Assembly (NCBI GenBank): GCA_951406725.2 | Contig: OX597826.1 | Location: 23,188,001-23,252,000 of the forward strand | Source of the DNA: Octopus vulgaris | Taxonomy: Eukaryota | Direction: 5' to 3' | Length of the DNA stretch: 64,000 nucleotides | Shown here: piece by piece, positions 26,426 through 37,809 of the stretch | How the letters are laid out: the number at the start of each line of letters is the position of its first letter | How positions within the stretch are numbered: position 1 is the stretch's first letter | Program-made: the position numbers and the translations under genes | Notes under the pieces: generated by a model | What the model saw: the letters and a program-made list of their open reading frames with translations, nothing else | Databases searched by the model: none | Told to the model about the DNA's origin: nothing

Positions 26426-29400
26426 CATCATCATCATCATCATCATCATTTAACGTCCGCTTTCCATGCTAGCATGGGTTGGACGGTTCAACTGGGGTCT
26501 GGGGAGCCCGAAGGCTGCACCAGGCCAGTCAGATCTGGCAGTGTTTCTACAGCTGGATGCCCTTCCTAACGCCAACCACTCCGAGAGTGTAGTGGGTGAT
26601 TTTATGTGCCACCGACACAGGTGCCAGACGAGGCTGGCGAACGGCCACGCTTGGATGGTGTTTTTATGTGCCACCGACACAGGTGCCAGATGAGGCTGGC
26701 GAACGGCCACGCTCGGATGGTGTTTTTATGTGCCACCGACACAGGTGCCAGATGAGGCTGGCGAACGGCCACGCTCGGATGGTGTTTTTATGTGCCACCG
26801 ACACAGGTGCCAGACAAGGCTAGCAGACGACCACGCTCGGATGGTGTTTTTTATGTGCCACCGACACAGGAGCCAGATGAGGCTGGCGATCGGCCACGAT
26901 CGGATGGTGATTGTTACGTGCCCACAGCATGGAGGCCAGTCGGTGCGGCACTGGTTACGGCCACGTTCGGATGGTTTTCTCGTGTGCCACCGGCACTGGT
27001 ACCACAAAGATACAAATTCCATTGATGTTCATCTATTTTGATTTTGTTTGATTTTTTGATTTTTTGATTTGATTTGATTCGATTTTCACTTGCCTCAACA
27101 GGTCTTCACAAGTGTCACAAGAAGGAAGGTATGCACAGGTGGACTGACTACGTCCCAGGTAGGGGCCACGGGTTATGGCCTGACTAGTCTTGCCGGGTCT
27201 TCTCACGCACAGCATACTTCCATAGGTCTCGGTCTCTGGTCATTTCCTTGGTGAGACCTAAAGTTCGAAGGTCGTGCTTCACCACTTCGTCCCAGGTTTT
27301 CCTGGGTCTACCTCTTCCACAGGTTCCCTCAACTGCTAGGGTGTAGCACTTTTGCACACAACTATCTTCAGCCATTCTCGTCATATGACCATACCAGCGC
27401 AGCCGTCTCTCTTGCACACCACAACTGACGCTTCTTAGGTTCAACTTTTCTCTCAAGGTACTTACACTCTGACGATTATGAACACTGACGTTACACATCC
27501 ATCGGAGCATACTGGCTTCATTTCTTGCGAGCTTATGCATATCCTCAGCAGTCACGGCCCATGTTTCACTACCATGTAGCATGGCTGTACGTACACATGC
27601 ATCATACAGTCTGCCTTTTACTCTGAGCGAGAGGCCTTTTGTCACCAGCAGGGGTAAGAGCTCTCTAAACTTTGCCCAGGCTATTCTTACTCTAGCAGTT
27701 ACACTTTCAGCACACCCACCCCCACTACTAACTTGGTCTCCTAGGTAGCGGAAGCTATCAACTACTTCTAGTTTGTCTCCCTGGAACGTGGTAGAAGTTG
27801 GTCTCTGCACGTTTCCAGAGTTTATTTCTCCTGAGCATCTGCCACATACGAAAACTATCTTCCCAGTTAGCCTACCTTTGACATTGCTGCACCTCTTATG
27901 TGTCCATAGCTTACACTTGGTGCACCTTATAGAGTTTCTACCTACACCTTTTTTACAGATCGAGCAGGGCCATCTACCTGAAGTCGTTTGTGGTTGGTCC
28001 ACCTTCCTACTTATTAGGACTTTGGTTTTGGCTAGGTTGATTCTAAGGCCCTTCGATTCTAATCCTTGTTTCCACACCTGAAACTTCTCCTCCAGTTCTG
28101 ATAGTGACTCAGCAATTAGAGCAAGGTCATCAGCATAGAGGAGCTCCCAGGGGCATCCTGTCTTGAATTCTTCCGTTATTGCCTGGAGGACTATGATAAA
28201 TAGGAGGGGGCTGAGGACTGAACCTTGGTGGACCCCAACCTCTACCCGGAATTCTTCACTGTACTCGTTGCCTACCCTCACCTTACTAGCAGCGTCTCTG
28301 TACATGGCTCGCACAGCTCTCACTAACCATTCATCTATCCCTAGTTTCCTCATTGACCACCAGATAAGGGATCGGGGGACCCTGTCAAAGGCTTTCTCCA
28401 AGTCAACAAAAGCCAGGTACAAGGGCTTACCTTTGGCTAGGTATTTCTCCTGCAGCTGTCTTACCAGGAATATAGCATCAGTAGTACTTTTCCCTGGCAC
28501 GAACCCAAACTGCATATCATCTAAGCTAACTCTCTCTCTAATTAATTGGGCTATAACCCTCTCCATAACCTTCATTACCTGATCCAACAGCTTGATGCCC
28601 CTGTAGTTATTTGTATCTAGGGCGTCACCTTTACCTTTGTAGCAGTTGACTATTATGCTGCTACACCAGTCATTGGGTATGACTCCTTCGTGTATCACCT
28701 GGTTAACTATACGGGTGACTATGCTATAGCCGACACTACCAGATATTTTGAACATCTCTGCAGTAATTCCTGATGGGCCTGGGGCTTTCCCTGTCTTCAT
28801 GCTTCTAATTGCCTTAGCTACCACGGAACTATCAACTCGGATAGCTGGTCCCTCTGTTGGGTCAACATTCGGCAGACTCTCTTTATCCCATTCATTTTCC
28901 TCATTCAGCAACCTTTCATAGTGGCGTCTCCAAGCCTCTCTCTTTGCGTCCTCATTTAGCGCAAGTGAACCGTCATCCTTGCGTACACATTCTCTCCTAC
29001 CACATCACGATTCTCTCTCACACACTGTCTTGCAACACGAAATACCTCAAGTCTTTCATCCTCACGGCGCAGGACATTGGCAAATTTTCTCTTATCTGCT
29101 TCCCCTCTGGCTAGATAGACCTGTCTCCTAGCTTCCCTTCTGGCAGTCTGATACACTTCCCTGCTACCCCCGTTCTTCCAAGCCTGTTTCTTTTGTCTAA
29201 TAGCCCAGTCAACAATATTGTTCCACCACCACGTTATTTTGGGTCTTAAAGGGACTTTGCACCAGCCACAGATCTGGTCAGTGGCTTTCAGCAGGTTGTC
29301 CCTCAGAAGCGTCCAGTTGTCTTCTACCCCATGCATAGCTATACCCTCTTCCATTTCGTCAAAGGCTTCAAGTAACATGTCTCTAAATCTCTGTCCATTC

Positions 29401-30867
29401 GCAGGGTCTTTAAGCTTCCAGACCCTTCTTCTCCATGTTGGTCGTCTTCTAGTCGCCCTCTTATTCCTGATCCTAAAGTCACTAACTACCAGTCTATGTT
29501 GTGGGGTGCATTCTTCGCCTGGGAAGGTTTTGGCATTTATAAGCAGCCATCTTTCCCTTTTTCTGGCAAGGATGTAGTCGATTTGGCTAGTATGCCGGCC
29601 CGATCGGTAGGTGACCAGGTGGTTTGTTGGTTTCCTGAAGTTAGTGTTGCAGACCATAAGACTATTCGCATCGCAGAACTCCAGCAGCCTGGTTCCCTCC
29701 TCGTTGCGGGAACCATAACCATAGCCTCCATGTACGCCATGGAAGCCCCCAGCATGTCATCCAACATGCCCATTGAAATCACCAGCCACAAATGGTTCGT
29801 CAATGAGGTGGTCTGCAGTAGGGTGTCATAGAAACTGTCTTTCTGTCCATCGGGTAGCCCTGGCTGAGGGGCATAGGCCGATATAATGGTTGCTAATCTA
29901 TTATGAAGCACTATTCTAATCTTAAGTATTCTGTCACTTACTCTGATTACCTCAATTACTCTATCTACCCATTTCTCAGCAATAAGTATACCCACGCCAC
30001 CAACCCCGTCAGTGTTCCCTGCCCAGAAAATCTTGTACCTGTGTTCCTTGCCTGTGAGGAACCTAGCAGATCCTCCTCTCCACCTTATTTCTTGCATGCA
30101 ACATACATCAACACGTCTCCGTTCAAGCATCTCAACTATCTCGCCAGACCTACCTTTCAGTGGGCCAACGTTGAGGGTGCCCACCCTGAGGGTGTGGAAG
30201 GTATGGGCCCGAGAGGCCCAGGGACGGGGAGCAGTGGCGTCATGTACCTGAAAAGAAGAAGAAAGCTCGCATTTGGCAGAATTCATAAGCAAAGCAATGA
30301 ACTTAAGTTCAACCTGTTACACTACACTATCATGTTTTTGCGCCGTATGGTCACCACCATATATAGAAGGGGTGGTATTGGCTTAAGGCCTTTAGGTGTT
30401 CACGGAAGAAAAGCAAAGGAAGACAAGGTGAGATAAGGACTTCCGGTACAGGTGGTGGGGGTGGGAGGGCGGGCGCACCGCGCACTGGGAGTAAGATGAG
30501 ATTTAGGCGGCAGAAAGAAAGACAAGATTTGAGATGGAATGCTTTGCGGTCGTGTGCATAAGTTTCTATGAGTGGAAGTTGGGAAGGATGGGTCAGAGAA
30601 TTAAGCGACAGAAAGACCCGATTTGAGACGAGATGTTTTTGCGGTCGTGTGAATAAGTTTTTGTGAGTGAAAGTTTATATGCTTCAGCTAGCATTTGAGA
30701 CGAAAGACAACGATAACGCTAATATATGGGGAAACAATAATAATAATAAGGCTTGATGGTGATAATAATGCTTGCAAAAAGAATGAAAAGAGGAACAGGT
30801 CAGGAACTTAAATATGACTTAGCTGATATTTTTCATCCTGCGGTTCGTGATTCGTGTGTTACAGCCA
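26424..30867 (-). mobile_element. Near-full-length RTE-clade LINE (APE endonuclease + RT + PHD finger), frameshifted
   Basis: ORF 29537..30292 has APE motifs (VGTLNV, QEIRW). ORF 28956..29657 has SQIDYIL and QHRLV. ORF 27184..28911 has QFGF, DLEKAFD, HQGSVLSP, YADD and WYGH..R...GRGRP. 3' UTR with 62-bp repeats and a (GAT)n tail at about 26424-26450. 5' boundary approximate. Confidence 0.93.
26600..27000. repeat. 62-bp tandem minisatellite in the RTE 3' UTR (5 good units + diverged units)
   Basis: Unit TTTTATGTGCCACCGACACAGGTGCCAGA(C/T)GAGGCTGGCGAACGGCCACGCTCGGATGGTG; its ATGTGCC recurs at 26604, 26666, 26728, 26790 and 26853. Confidence 0.95.
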
Positions 30868-30881
30868 TATATATATATATG

Positions 30882-31205
30882 AAGGCACATGGCTCAGTGG
30901 TTAGAGCATCGATCTTACGATCGTGAGGTTGTGAGTTCGAATCCCTGACTGGGCTGCGTGTTATGTTCTTGAGCAAAACACTTTATTTCATGTGGCTCCA
31001 GTTCACTCAGCTGTAGAACTGAGTTGCGACATCACTGCTACCAAGCTGTATTGTGTTTTGCCTTTCCCTTGGATAACATCGGTGGTGTGGGGAGGGGACG
31101 CTGGTATGCATGGGCGACTGCTGGTCTTCCATAAACAACCTTGCCCAGACTTGTGCCTTGGAGAGTAACTTTCTAGGTGCAATCCCATGATTATTCATGA
31201 CCGAA
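30882..31205 (+). mobile_element. tRNA-derived SINE family B (representative)
   Basis: GGCACATGGCTCAGTGGTTAGAGC...GAGTTCGAATCCC head. Related copies at about 9490-9730, 34690-34920, 42090-42400(-), 42915-43180(-), 56780-57075(-) and 58195-58450. Confidence 0.8.
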
Positions 31206-31216
31206 GTGAGTCTTCA

Positions 31217-31247
<31 letters not shown>

Positions 31248-31734
31248 CACCCACAGATAGATATATATACATACATACATGCATTCATACATACACACAC
31301 ACATATATCATCATCATCATCATTTAATGTCCACCTTCCATGTAGGTATGGACTGGATGGTTTGACAGGAGCTGGCCAGTTAGAAGACTGCACCAGGCTA
31401 CTGAGTCTGTTTTGGCAAGGTTTTTACAGCTGGATGCCCTTCCTAACACCAACCACCCCACAGAAAAGACTGAGTGCTTTATACATGGCACCTGCACAGG
31501 CAAGGGCAGGCAGGCAGACAAACAGATAGGTATGTATGTATATATCTATATGTGAGTGTCCTTACATTTGTGTTTGTCTCCCACCACCACTTGAAACCAG
31601 TGCTGGTTGGTTTATATCCCTGTAACTTAGCGGTTCAGCAAACAAGACCAACAGAATAAGTACCAGGCTTTAAAAAATGTACTGGAGTTCATTCATTTGA
31701 CTAAAACTCATAGAGGCAGCAGCGATGACAATGA

Positions 31735-32030
31735 CAATGTTCGTAGTGGTGTTGGTGGTGTTGATAGTAGTGATGGTGGTGGTGGTGGTGGTGGTAGTGG
31801 TGTTAGCGGTGGTGTTGATAGTTGTGGCGTTGGTAGTGGTGATGGTCATGTTGGTAGTGGTGGTGTTGGTAGTGATGGTGGTGGTATTGGCAGTGGTGAT
31901 GGTGATGGTGGTAGTGGTGTGGGTAGTGTTGGTGTTGGTAGTGGTGGTGTTGGCAGTGGTGATGGTGGTAGTGGTGGTGTTGGTAGTGGTGTTGGTAGTG
32001 GTGGTGTTGGTAGTGGTGATGATGATGATG
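31735..32030. repeat. (GGT/GTT/AGT)n trinucleotide tract
   Basis: Low-complexity sequence. Similar (CAT/CAC)n tract at 52080-52430 and compound tetranucleotide tract at 50085-50300. Confidence 0.95.
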
Positions 32031-32124
32031 AAAATATATTCAATTGAAACAGTGATGGCGGTCTCTAAGTATTTTTCCTATTTCTTTCATCCCAAAGATC
32101 CTTTCCTCAACATTTACACCTTAC

Positions 32125-32220
32125 CTTTCGTTCTGATTCCATGGCTTTGTTTTGAGCTTCTCTCAGATGACTTTCCATTCTTTGTATTTTGGCAGTGTAA
32201 TCTTTCAAAACCTGTCCACT
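32125..32220 (-). CDS. SCLT1: SCLT1 exon (SGQVLKDYTAKIQRMESHLREAQNKAMESERK)
   Basis: tttag| ... |gtaag, 96 nt; same length as human NEKLILEHQEKANRLQRRLSQAEERAASASQQ (32 aa). Confidence 0.87.
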
Positions 32221-33938
32221 CTAAATCGTGAGAGAAGGAAGAAAGAGAAAAACAATAAGTATACAGGCATAGGTGCAGCTGTGTGGTATGAAGCTTGCTT
32301 CTCAACCACATCATTTCAGGTTCAGTCCCACCATGTGGCACATGGACAAGTGTCTTCTATTACAGTCCCGGGACAACTAAAAAGCCTTACGAGTGGATTT
32401 GGTAGATGGAAACTGAAAGAAGCCCGTCCTATATATATCTATATATAAATACATATACATCTGTGTCTGTGCGTCTTTGTCTCTGTGTTTGTCCCCCACC
32501 ACTGCTTGACAACTGGTGTTGGTGTGTTTAGATCCCCATGACTTAGCAGTTTGGCAAAAGAGACTAAAAATTCAAGACGGTGCCCCAGCATGGCCACAGT
32601 CTAATGACTGAAACAACTAGAAGATAAAAGATAAAAGACATAAAATTATCAGGTGTGAGAGAAGCATAACAATGTAACTAAATATCATCACCAAATATAT
32701 CAAACAAAGCAAGCATTGTAGGTGCAGGAGTGGCTGTGTGGTAAGTAGCTTGCTTACCAACCACATGGTTCTGGGTTCAGTCCCACTGCGTGGCACCTTG
32801 GACAAGTGTCTTCTACTATAGCCTCAGGCTGACCAAAGCCTTGTGGGTGGATTTGGTAGACAGAAACTGAAAGAAGCCCGTCGTATATATGTATGTGTGT
32901 GACTGTCTGTTTGCCACACCAACATCGCTTGACAACTGATGCTGGTGTGTTTACGTCCCCATAACTTAGCGGTTCAGCAAAAGAGACTGATAGAATAAGT
33001 ACTAGGCTTACAAAGAATAAGTCCTGGAGTCGATTTGCTCAACTAAAGGCAGTGATCCAGCATGGCTGCAGTCAAATGACTGAAACAAGTAGAAGAGTAA
33101 AGAGTATAGATGTATTTAGGGAGCAATTTCCGTGGGAAGCTGCAGTGAGACAGACTCATCCACACCTAATTAGAATGGAAAATATCATCATCATATAACG
33201 TCCGTTTTCCATGCTGGCATGGGTTGGACGGTTTGACTGAGGTCTGGAGAGCCAGTAGCTGCACGAGGCTCTGATCTGATCTGGCAATGTTCCTACAGCT
33301 CGATGGCCTTCCTAATGATAAACACTCCGAGTGTGTAGTGAGTGCTTTTTACAAGTCACCAGCACAGGAGCCAGTCAAGGAGTACTGGCATCAGCCACGT
33401 TTGAATGGTGCTTTTTACGTGACACTGGCACAGGAGCCAGCCAGTGGGTACTGGCATCGGCTATGTTCAAATGGTGCTTTTTACGTACTACCAGCACCAA
33501 AGCCTTGTGAGTGAATGTGGTAGATGGAAATTGAAAGAAACCCTTCATATATATGTATCTGTGTGAGTGTGTATATGTGTCTTTGTGTTTGACACCATTT
33601 GACAACTGGTATTGGTGCGTTTATGTCCCCATAACTTAGCAGCTTGGTGAAAGAGACCAACAGAGTAAGTACCAGGGGATCATCATTTCATTCAATTAAA
33701 ATCCTTCAAGGTGGTGCCCCAGCATGGCCAGAATCTAATGGCTGAAACAAGTAAAAAGACACAAGACAATGCAATGATGGAATATGAACCCAAAACTTTT
33801 CAGCTGAAGAACCGAAACCTTACTCATTTAGACCAATATTTCTTCACCTTTTGTAGTTCTGTGTCCCCTTTTATTGAACGGTGTTATACAAACGTCCCCC
33901 AGAAAGATCAAAAGACATTTTTGCTGGTTCTTGCTTAC

Positions 33939-34077
33939 CTCTGTCATCTTTACTTGACATTCTTGCAAAGAAGATTTCAGTTCAGAGTTGCGAGTTTTGT
34001 AACGTTTCAGCTCAGATCGAATTTGTGCTATTTTCTCATCATATTTCTTTGAAATTGTACTGCATTCTTCTTTCCAT
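33939..34077 (-). CDS. SCLT1: SCLT1 exon (WKEECSTISKKYDEKIAQIRSELKRYKTRNSELKSSLQECQVKMTE)
   Basis: ggcag| ... |gtaagc, 139 nt; resembles WKEETKKLTESAEIRINNLKSELSRQK. Confidence 0.9.
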
Positions 34078-34375
34078 CTGCCAAATGGACAATACACAGA
34101 ACAAATGAAATATTATTTTAGAATAGCAAAGTAGTAGTAAACAGTCAGGAAACACTAAATCTGCAGATGGTATTAAGTTGATTGGTTGACTACTTGTACA
34201 CTCATGGGTCTACTAGGTCAGAGCTGACCTTGGGCTAAACAACAACTGTAGATGTCTTCACTGGAAATGACTGAATATAGTGGCAGCAACAGGCTACATG
34301 GAGCTGGATTAAAGTTGACCTGGGGCTAAATAACAACATCTGAATACAATGCTTTTACATTATTTCACTGATTGA

Positions 34376-34590
34376 AAGGCAGCGAGCTGGCAGAAATGTT
34401 AGCACGCCAGGCGAAATGCTTAGCAGTATTTCATCTGTCTTTATGTTCTGAGTTCAAATTCTGCCAAAGTCGACTTTGCCTTCCATCCTTTCAGGGTCGA
34501 TAAATTAAGTACCAGTTGCATACTGGGGCTGATCTAATCGACTGGCCCCCTCCCCAAAAATTTCGGGCCATGTGTCTAAAGTAGAAAAGA
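34376..34590 (+). mobile_element. SINE family C (representative)
   Basis: GGCAGCGAGCTGGCAGAA...GAGTTCAAATTC.GCC.AAGTCGACTTTGCC. Copies at about 4890-6390 (split by the DNA transposon), 24985-25195(-) and 54510-54945(-, two copies). Confidence 0.75.
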
Positions 34591-35655
34591 TCATTTTCTT
34601 GTTTGAGCTCCTTCTCTAAACAAACATGACTAGCAAATATGAACATTGATGGACATTGGGGAAATTGATCTTACAGGTGTCACCGTAGAGGTGCATGGCT
34701 CAGTGATTAAGCTGTTGGAATTATAATCATAAGATTGTGGTTTCAATTTCTGGACTGGGCAATGCATTGAGCTCTTGAGCAAAGCACTTCATTTCGCACT
34801 GCTCCAGTCCATTCAGCTACCAAAAATGATTAACCCTGTGACAGACTAGTGTCCCATCCAGGGGAAAATATATGCACCACAGAAACCGGGAAACTGGCCC
34901 TATGAGTCTGTATGACTTGGAAATGATTTTTATCTATATCTATCTTTATCTTGGTTGGCGTTAGAAAGGGCATTCAGCCATAAAATCCTGCCAAAACAAG
35001 CAGTGAAGCCTGGTGCAGTCTTCTGCTGGGCCAGCCCTTTTCAAGTCATCCAACCCATGCCAGTATGGAAAATGAATGTTAAATGATGATCATCTTCTTT
35101 ATCTACGTTTATCCTTGTCATCACTTGTCAATCCTAAAATGAAGATTGATAATTGTTGTCAATTAAAACAGACAAAGACAAACAAAATCATAACTATACT
35201 GTTCTGGAAGAACAAAACAAACAATGCTTGCCTGTAGTGTAAAGTTAGAACTCGTGACCAGGTGGTGGTCTGCCGACTAGTATCAGTCCTGGGCAAGACA
35301 TTACACTGCATCAGGCCATTGGGAAATATTACTTTGCTTGGAAACAGGTGAGTGTTGGTAACAGGTAGGGCATCCAGCCATAGAAAATCGGCCTGTCTGT
35401 GCCATGCAAGCATGGAAAAGTGGGCATTAAGATGATGATGATGATGATAATGATGGAGGAAGAGGAGGAGGAGGAGGATTTTCATTTTTAAAAAAATATT
35501 CTTATTTGGGTAATTTTCACCAAATTTCAGAATTTCAAGCAAGAATTATCAACTGTATTTTGAGGTGATTTTACTCTAAATGAAATTTTTTATATTACAT
35601 TATTTGAAATTGGGAAAAGCTATAATGGACATAGAAAAACAATAAACAGAGCAAC

Positions 35656-35792
35656 CTTCTGCTAATTATTTTCTGTGAATTGAGAAGCTTCTTTAATTCC
35701 ACCATAGTGTAATGATTTCCATCTTCGAAACTCTGCAGTTTCAATTCAAAATCTTGTGAGTTGGAAGACATTTCCTCTTTCATAACAGCAAT
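35656..35792 (-). CDS. SCLT1: SCLT1 exon (IAVMKEEMSSNSQDFELKLQSFEDGNHYTMVELKKLLNSQKIISR-R)
   Basis: tgatag| ... |gttgct, 137 nt; strong resemblance to human ISTMEHEFSIKERGFEVQLREMEDSNRNSIVELRHLLATQQKAANR. Confidence 0.9.
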
Positions 35793-36381
35793 CTATCAAA
35801 ATATTAAAAAAAAAAATTTTTTTTTTATTTAAATCGCGGCCGCCGCCCCAGCCACCACCACCACCACCCCATCCACCACCACCACCCCATCCACCACCAC
35901 CACCACCACCACCACCACCATGATTCTATGTTAGAAATCTCCCTCCAAAAAAATTCTCCAAAAACCCTGAATTTTAAAGAGACTTCCCTTACCCCCAGTA
36001 AGAGAGAATAGTTTCATTCCACCTAACCAAAATCTTCTCAGGGTCACAGCAGAGAGAGGTCATTTGACAAGACACACACACATACACATGTACATAAGAT
36101 GTGCTTCAGCACAGTTTTCCATCTACTAATCTCATTTTCAAAGCATTGATCAGTACAAGGCACTTGCCCAAGATGCCACACAGTGGGACAGAACCTGCAA
36201 AATTATGCAGTTGTAAAACAAAACTATCAGCTACACAGCCATGTCTACATACACATATACATGTAGCTATTTCAATCGCTTTCCTCACTAAAGCTCCTTG
36301 ACAAAGGCATGTATGCCACACAATTTCATTTTTGCCAGGTCTTCTCCAATCAAAAATCACATTTTGAAGCTTTGTACTCAC

Positions 36382-36574
36382 CCTCTTACGCATGTTGCGC
36401 TGTATCTCATCCCGTTCGTTGTTTGCCTGTAAGATATTCGCTTTTAGTTCGTTAATTTCTTGGATCAGCTGAAGTTTACTTTCTGAGAGTCGGCTGTTGT
36501 CACCGTTCAGTGAAGACACTTGTTCTTTTAGTTTCTCATTTTCTTTCATTAAAAGGTCTATTTTCTGGTTCAAA
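36382..36574 (-). CDS. SCLT1: SCLT1 exon (LNQKIDLLMKENEKLKEQ...EIQRNMRKR)
   Basis: ttcag| ... |gtgagt, 193 nt, within ORF 36106..36591. Confidence 0.88.
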
Positions 36575-37371
36575 CTGAAACACAAACACAAGCCGCAATT
36601 TCAATTATCTTTCTGTGAGTGAAATTAGTTGATCACACATGTACCTACCTATACTTACTATACTGCAAAATCAATCACACACACACACACATTATATCGA
36701 TGCATACAGAATAGTTTCAGTCAATGTAAATAACCCCAGTACAAAACTGGTATTTGTTTTATAAACTTTGGAAGGTCCAAATGCAAATTCAGGAACTTGT
36801 ATTTGCTATACTGTGAAATCAAGTGCATACATTATGCATATACAAGCATGGCTGTGTGATAAGAAGCTTGTTTCCCAATCACATGGTTTTCTGGGTTCAG
36901 TCCCACTGCATGGCACGTTAGGCAAGTGTCTTCTGCTATAGTTCTGGGCCGACCAAAGCCTTGTGAGTGGATTTGGTAGGTAGAAACTGAAAGAAACCTG
37001 TTGCGCGTGCATGTGCGTGTGTGTCTGTCTGTCCAGCTCACCCATGCAAGAATGGAAAAGTAGACATAAGAACAATGATGATGAGTTTATACATGACAAT
37101 GCTATTCAATATGTCCTTCCTTTCTCAAAATGGCAGAGTGTGATTTGGGCAAAATTTGGCAGCTATTTCTACCAAATCAAACAACTACATAGGGGCTCCC
37201 CTCATTGCCTTGAAGTTCTCACACAGGAATTCTTTCATTAGCTTGAATTTTCTTGACAGAAGAAATTAAACAGCTTACTTAATTCTACATTGGATTGCCT
37301 TTCGAACAAATTTAACTTTAAAAAGAAAAGTAAGAAATAAAAAGAAACATAAATAAACAAGCAAGTCTTAC

Positions 37372-37520
37372 TTTTTCTTATCACGTTCCTGCTGATGTTC
37401 AAATTTGTCAAGCTTCCTCTCAGTGGCATCTTTAGATTTTAATGCTTCTGTTAAACGCTGCGTTAGCTTTTCTTTGACTTCATTGAATGATTTGGTCTCC
37501 TCTACAAAGTTTTGACGGAC
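37372..37520 (-). CDS. SCLT1: SCLT1 exon (VRQNFVEETKSFNEVKEKLTQRLTEALKSKDATERKLDKFEHQQERDKK-N)
   Basis: caccag| ... |gtaag, 149 nt, open frame, phase-consistent. Confidence 0.85.
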
Positions 37521-37588
37521 CTGGTGTGAGATTGATGGTATTCTATGTCAAACAGATAACATATGATGGCAACAATATGCAGCACTAA

Positions 37589-37809
37589 CCCTTTCATTAC
37601 CAAACCAGCTGAAACCGGCTCTGGCTCGGTAGTACAAGTGTCTTGTTTTCATAAGTTTTGAATTAAAATCTTCCACCAAATCTTAGTCACAATTTATGTT
37701 CCTAACACTAGCTGAATGATAACTAAGTTATTTTACTAAACTCTTTGTTATATTTAAAATAATTGAAAGAAACACAGAACATCTCAACAGAAATATGGTA
37801 ACAAAAGGG
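37589..37809. mobile_element. piggyBac-type MITE
   Basis: CTAA|CCCTTTCATTACCA ... TGGTAACAAAAGGG|TAAA: degenerate TTAA TSD with CCC/GGG termini. Confidence 0.6.

Noticed and set aside
26600-26920. 62-bp repeats as a CRISPR array or hammerhead array (CAGATGAG..GAAC)
   Set aside because: No unique spacers and eukaryotic context. The core deviates at essential positions and lacks stems I and III. It is an RTE 3' UTR minisatellite.
30790-30867. HDV-like ribozyme at the RTE 5' end
   Set aside because: Could not build the nested double pseudoknot by eye.
30882-30960. tRNA genes at SINE heads
   Set aside because: They continue into SINE bodies and lack a full cloverleaf and terminator.
31697-32231. 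Gly-rich, Val-rich and Pro-rich ORFs
   Set aside because: Trinucleotide tract inside an SCLT1 intron, open in several frames.
33828-36591. SDCCAG8 as the identity of the coiled-coil gene
   Set aside because: WKEEC resembles SDCCAG8, but flanking exons (FELKLQSFEDGN..VELKKLL, KATRKEV) and exon sizes fit SCLT1 better.
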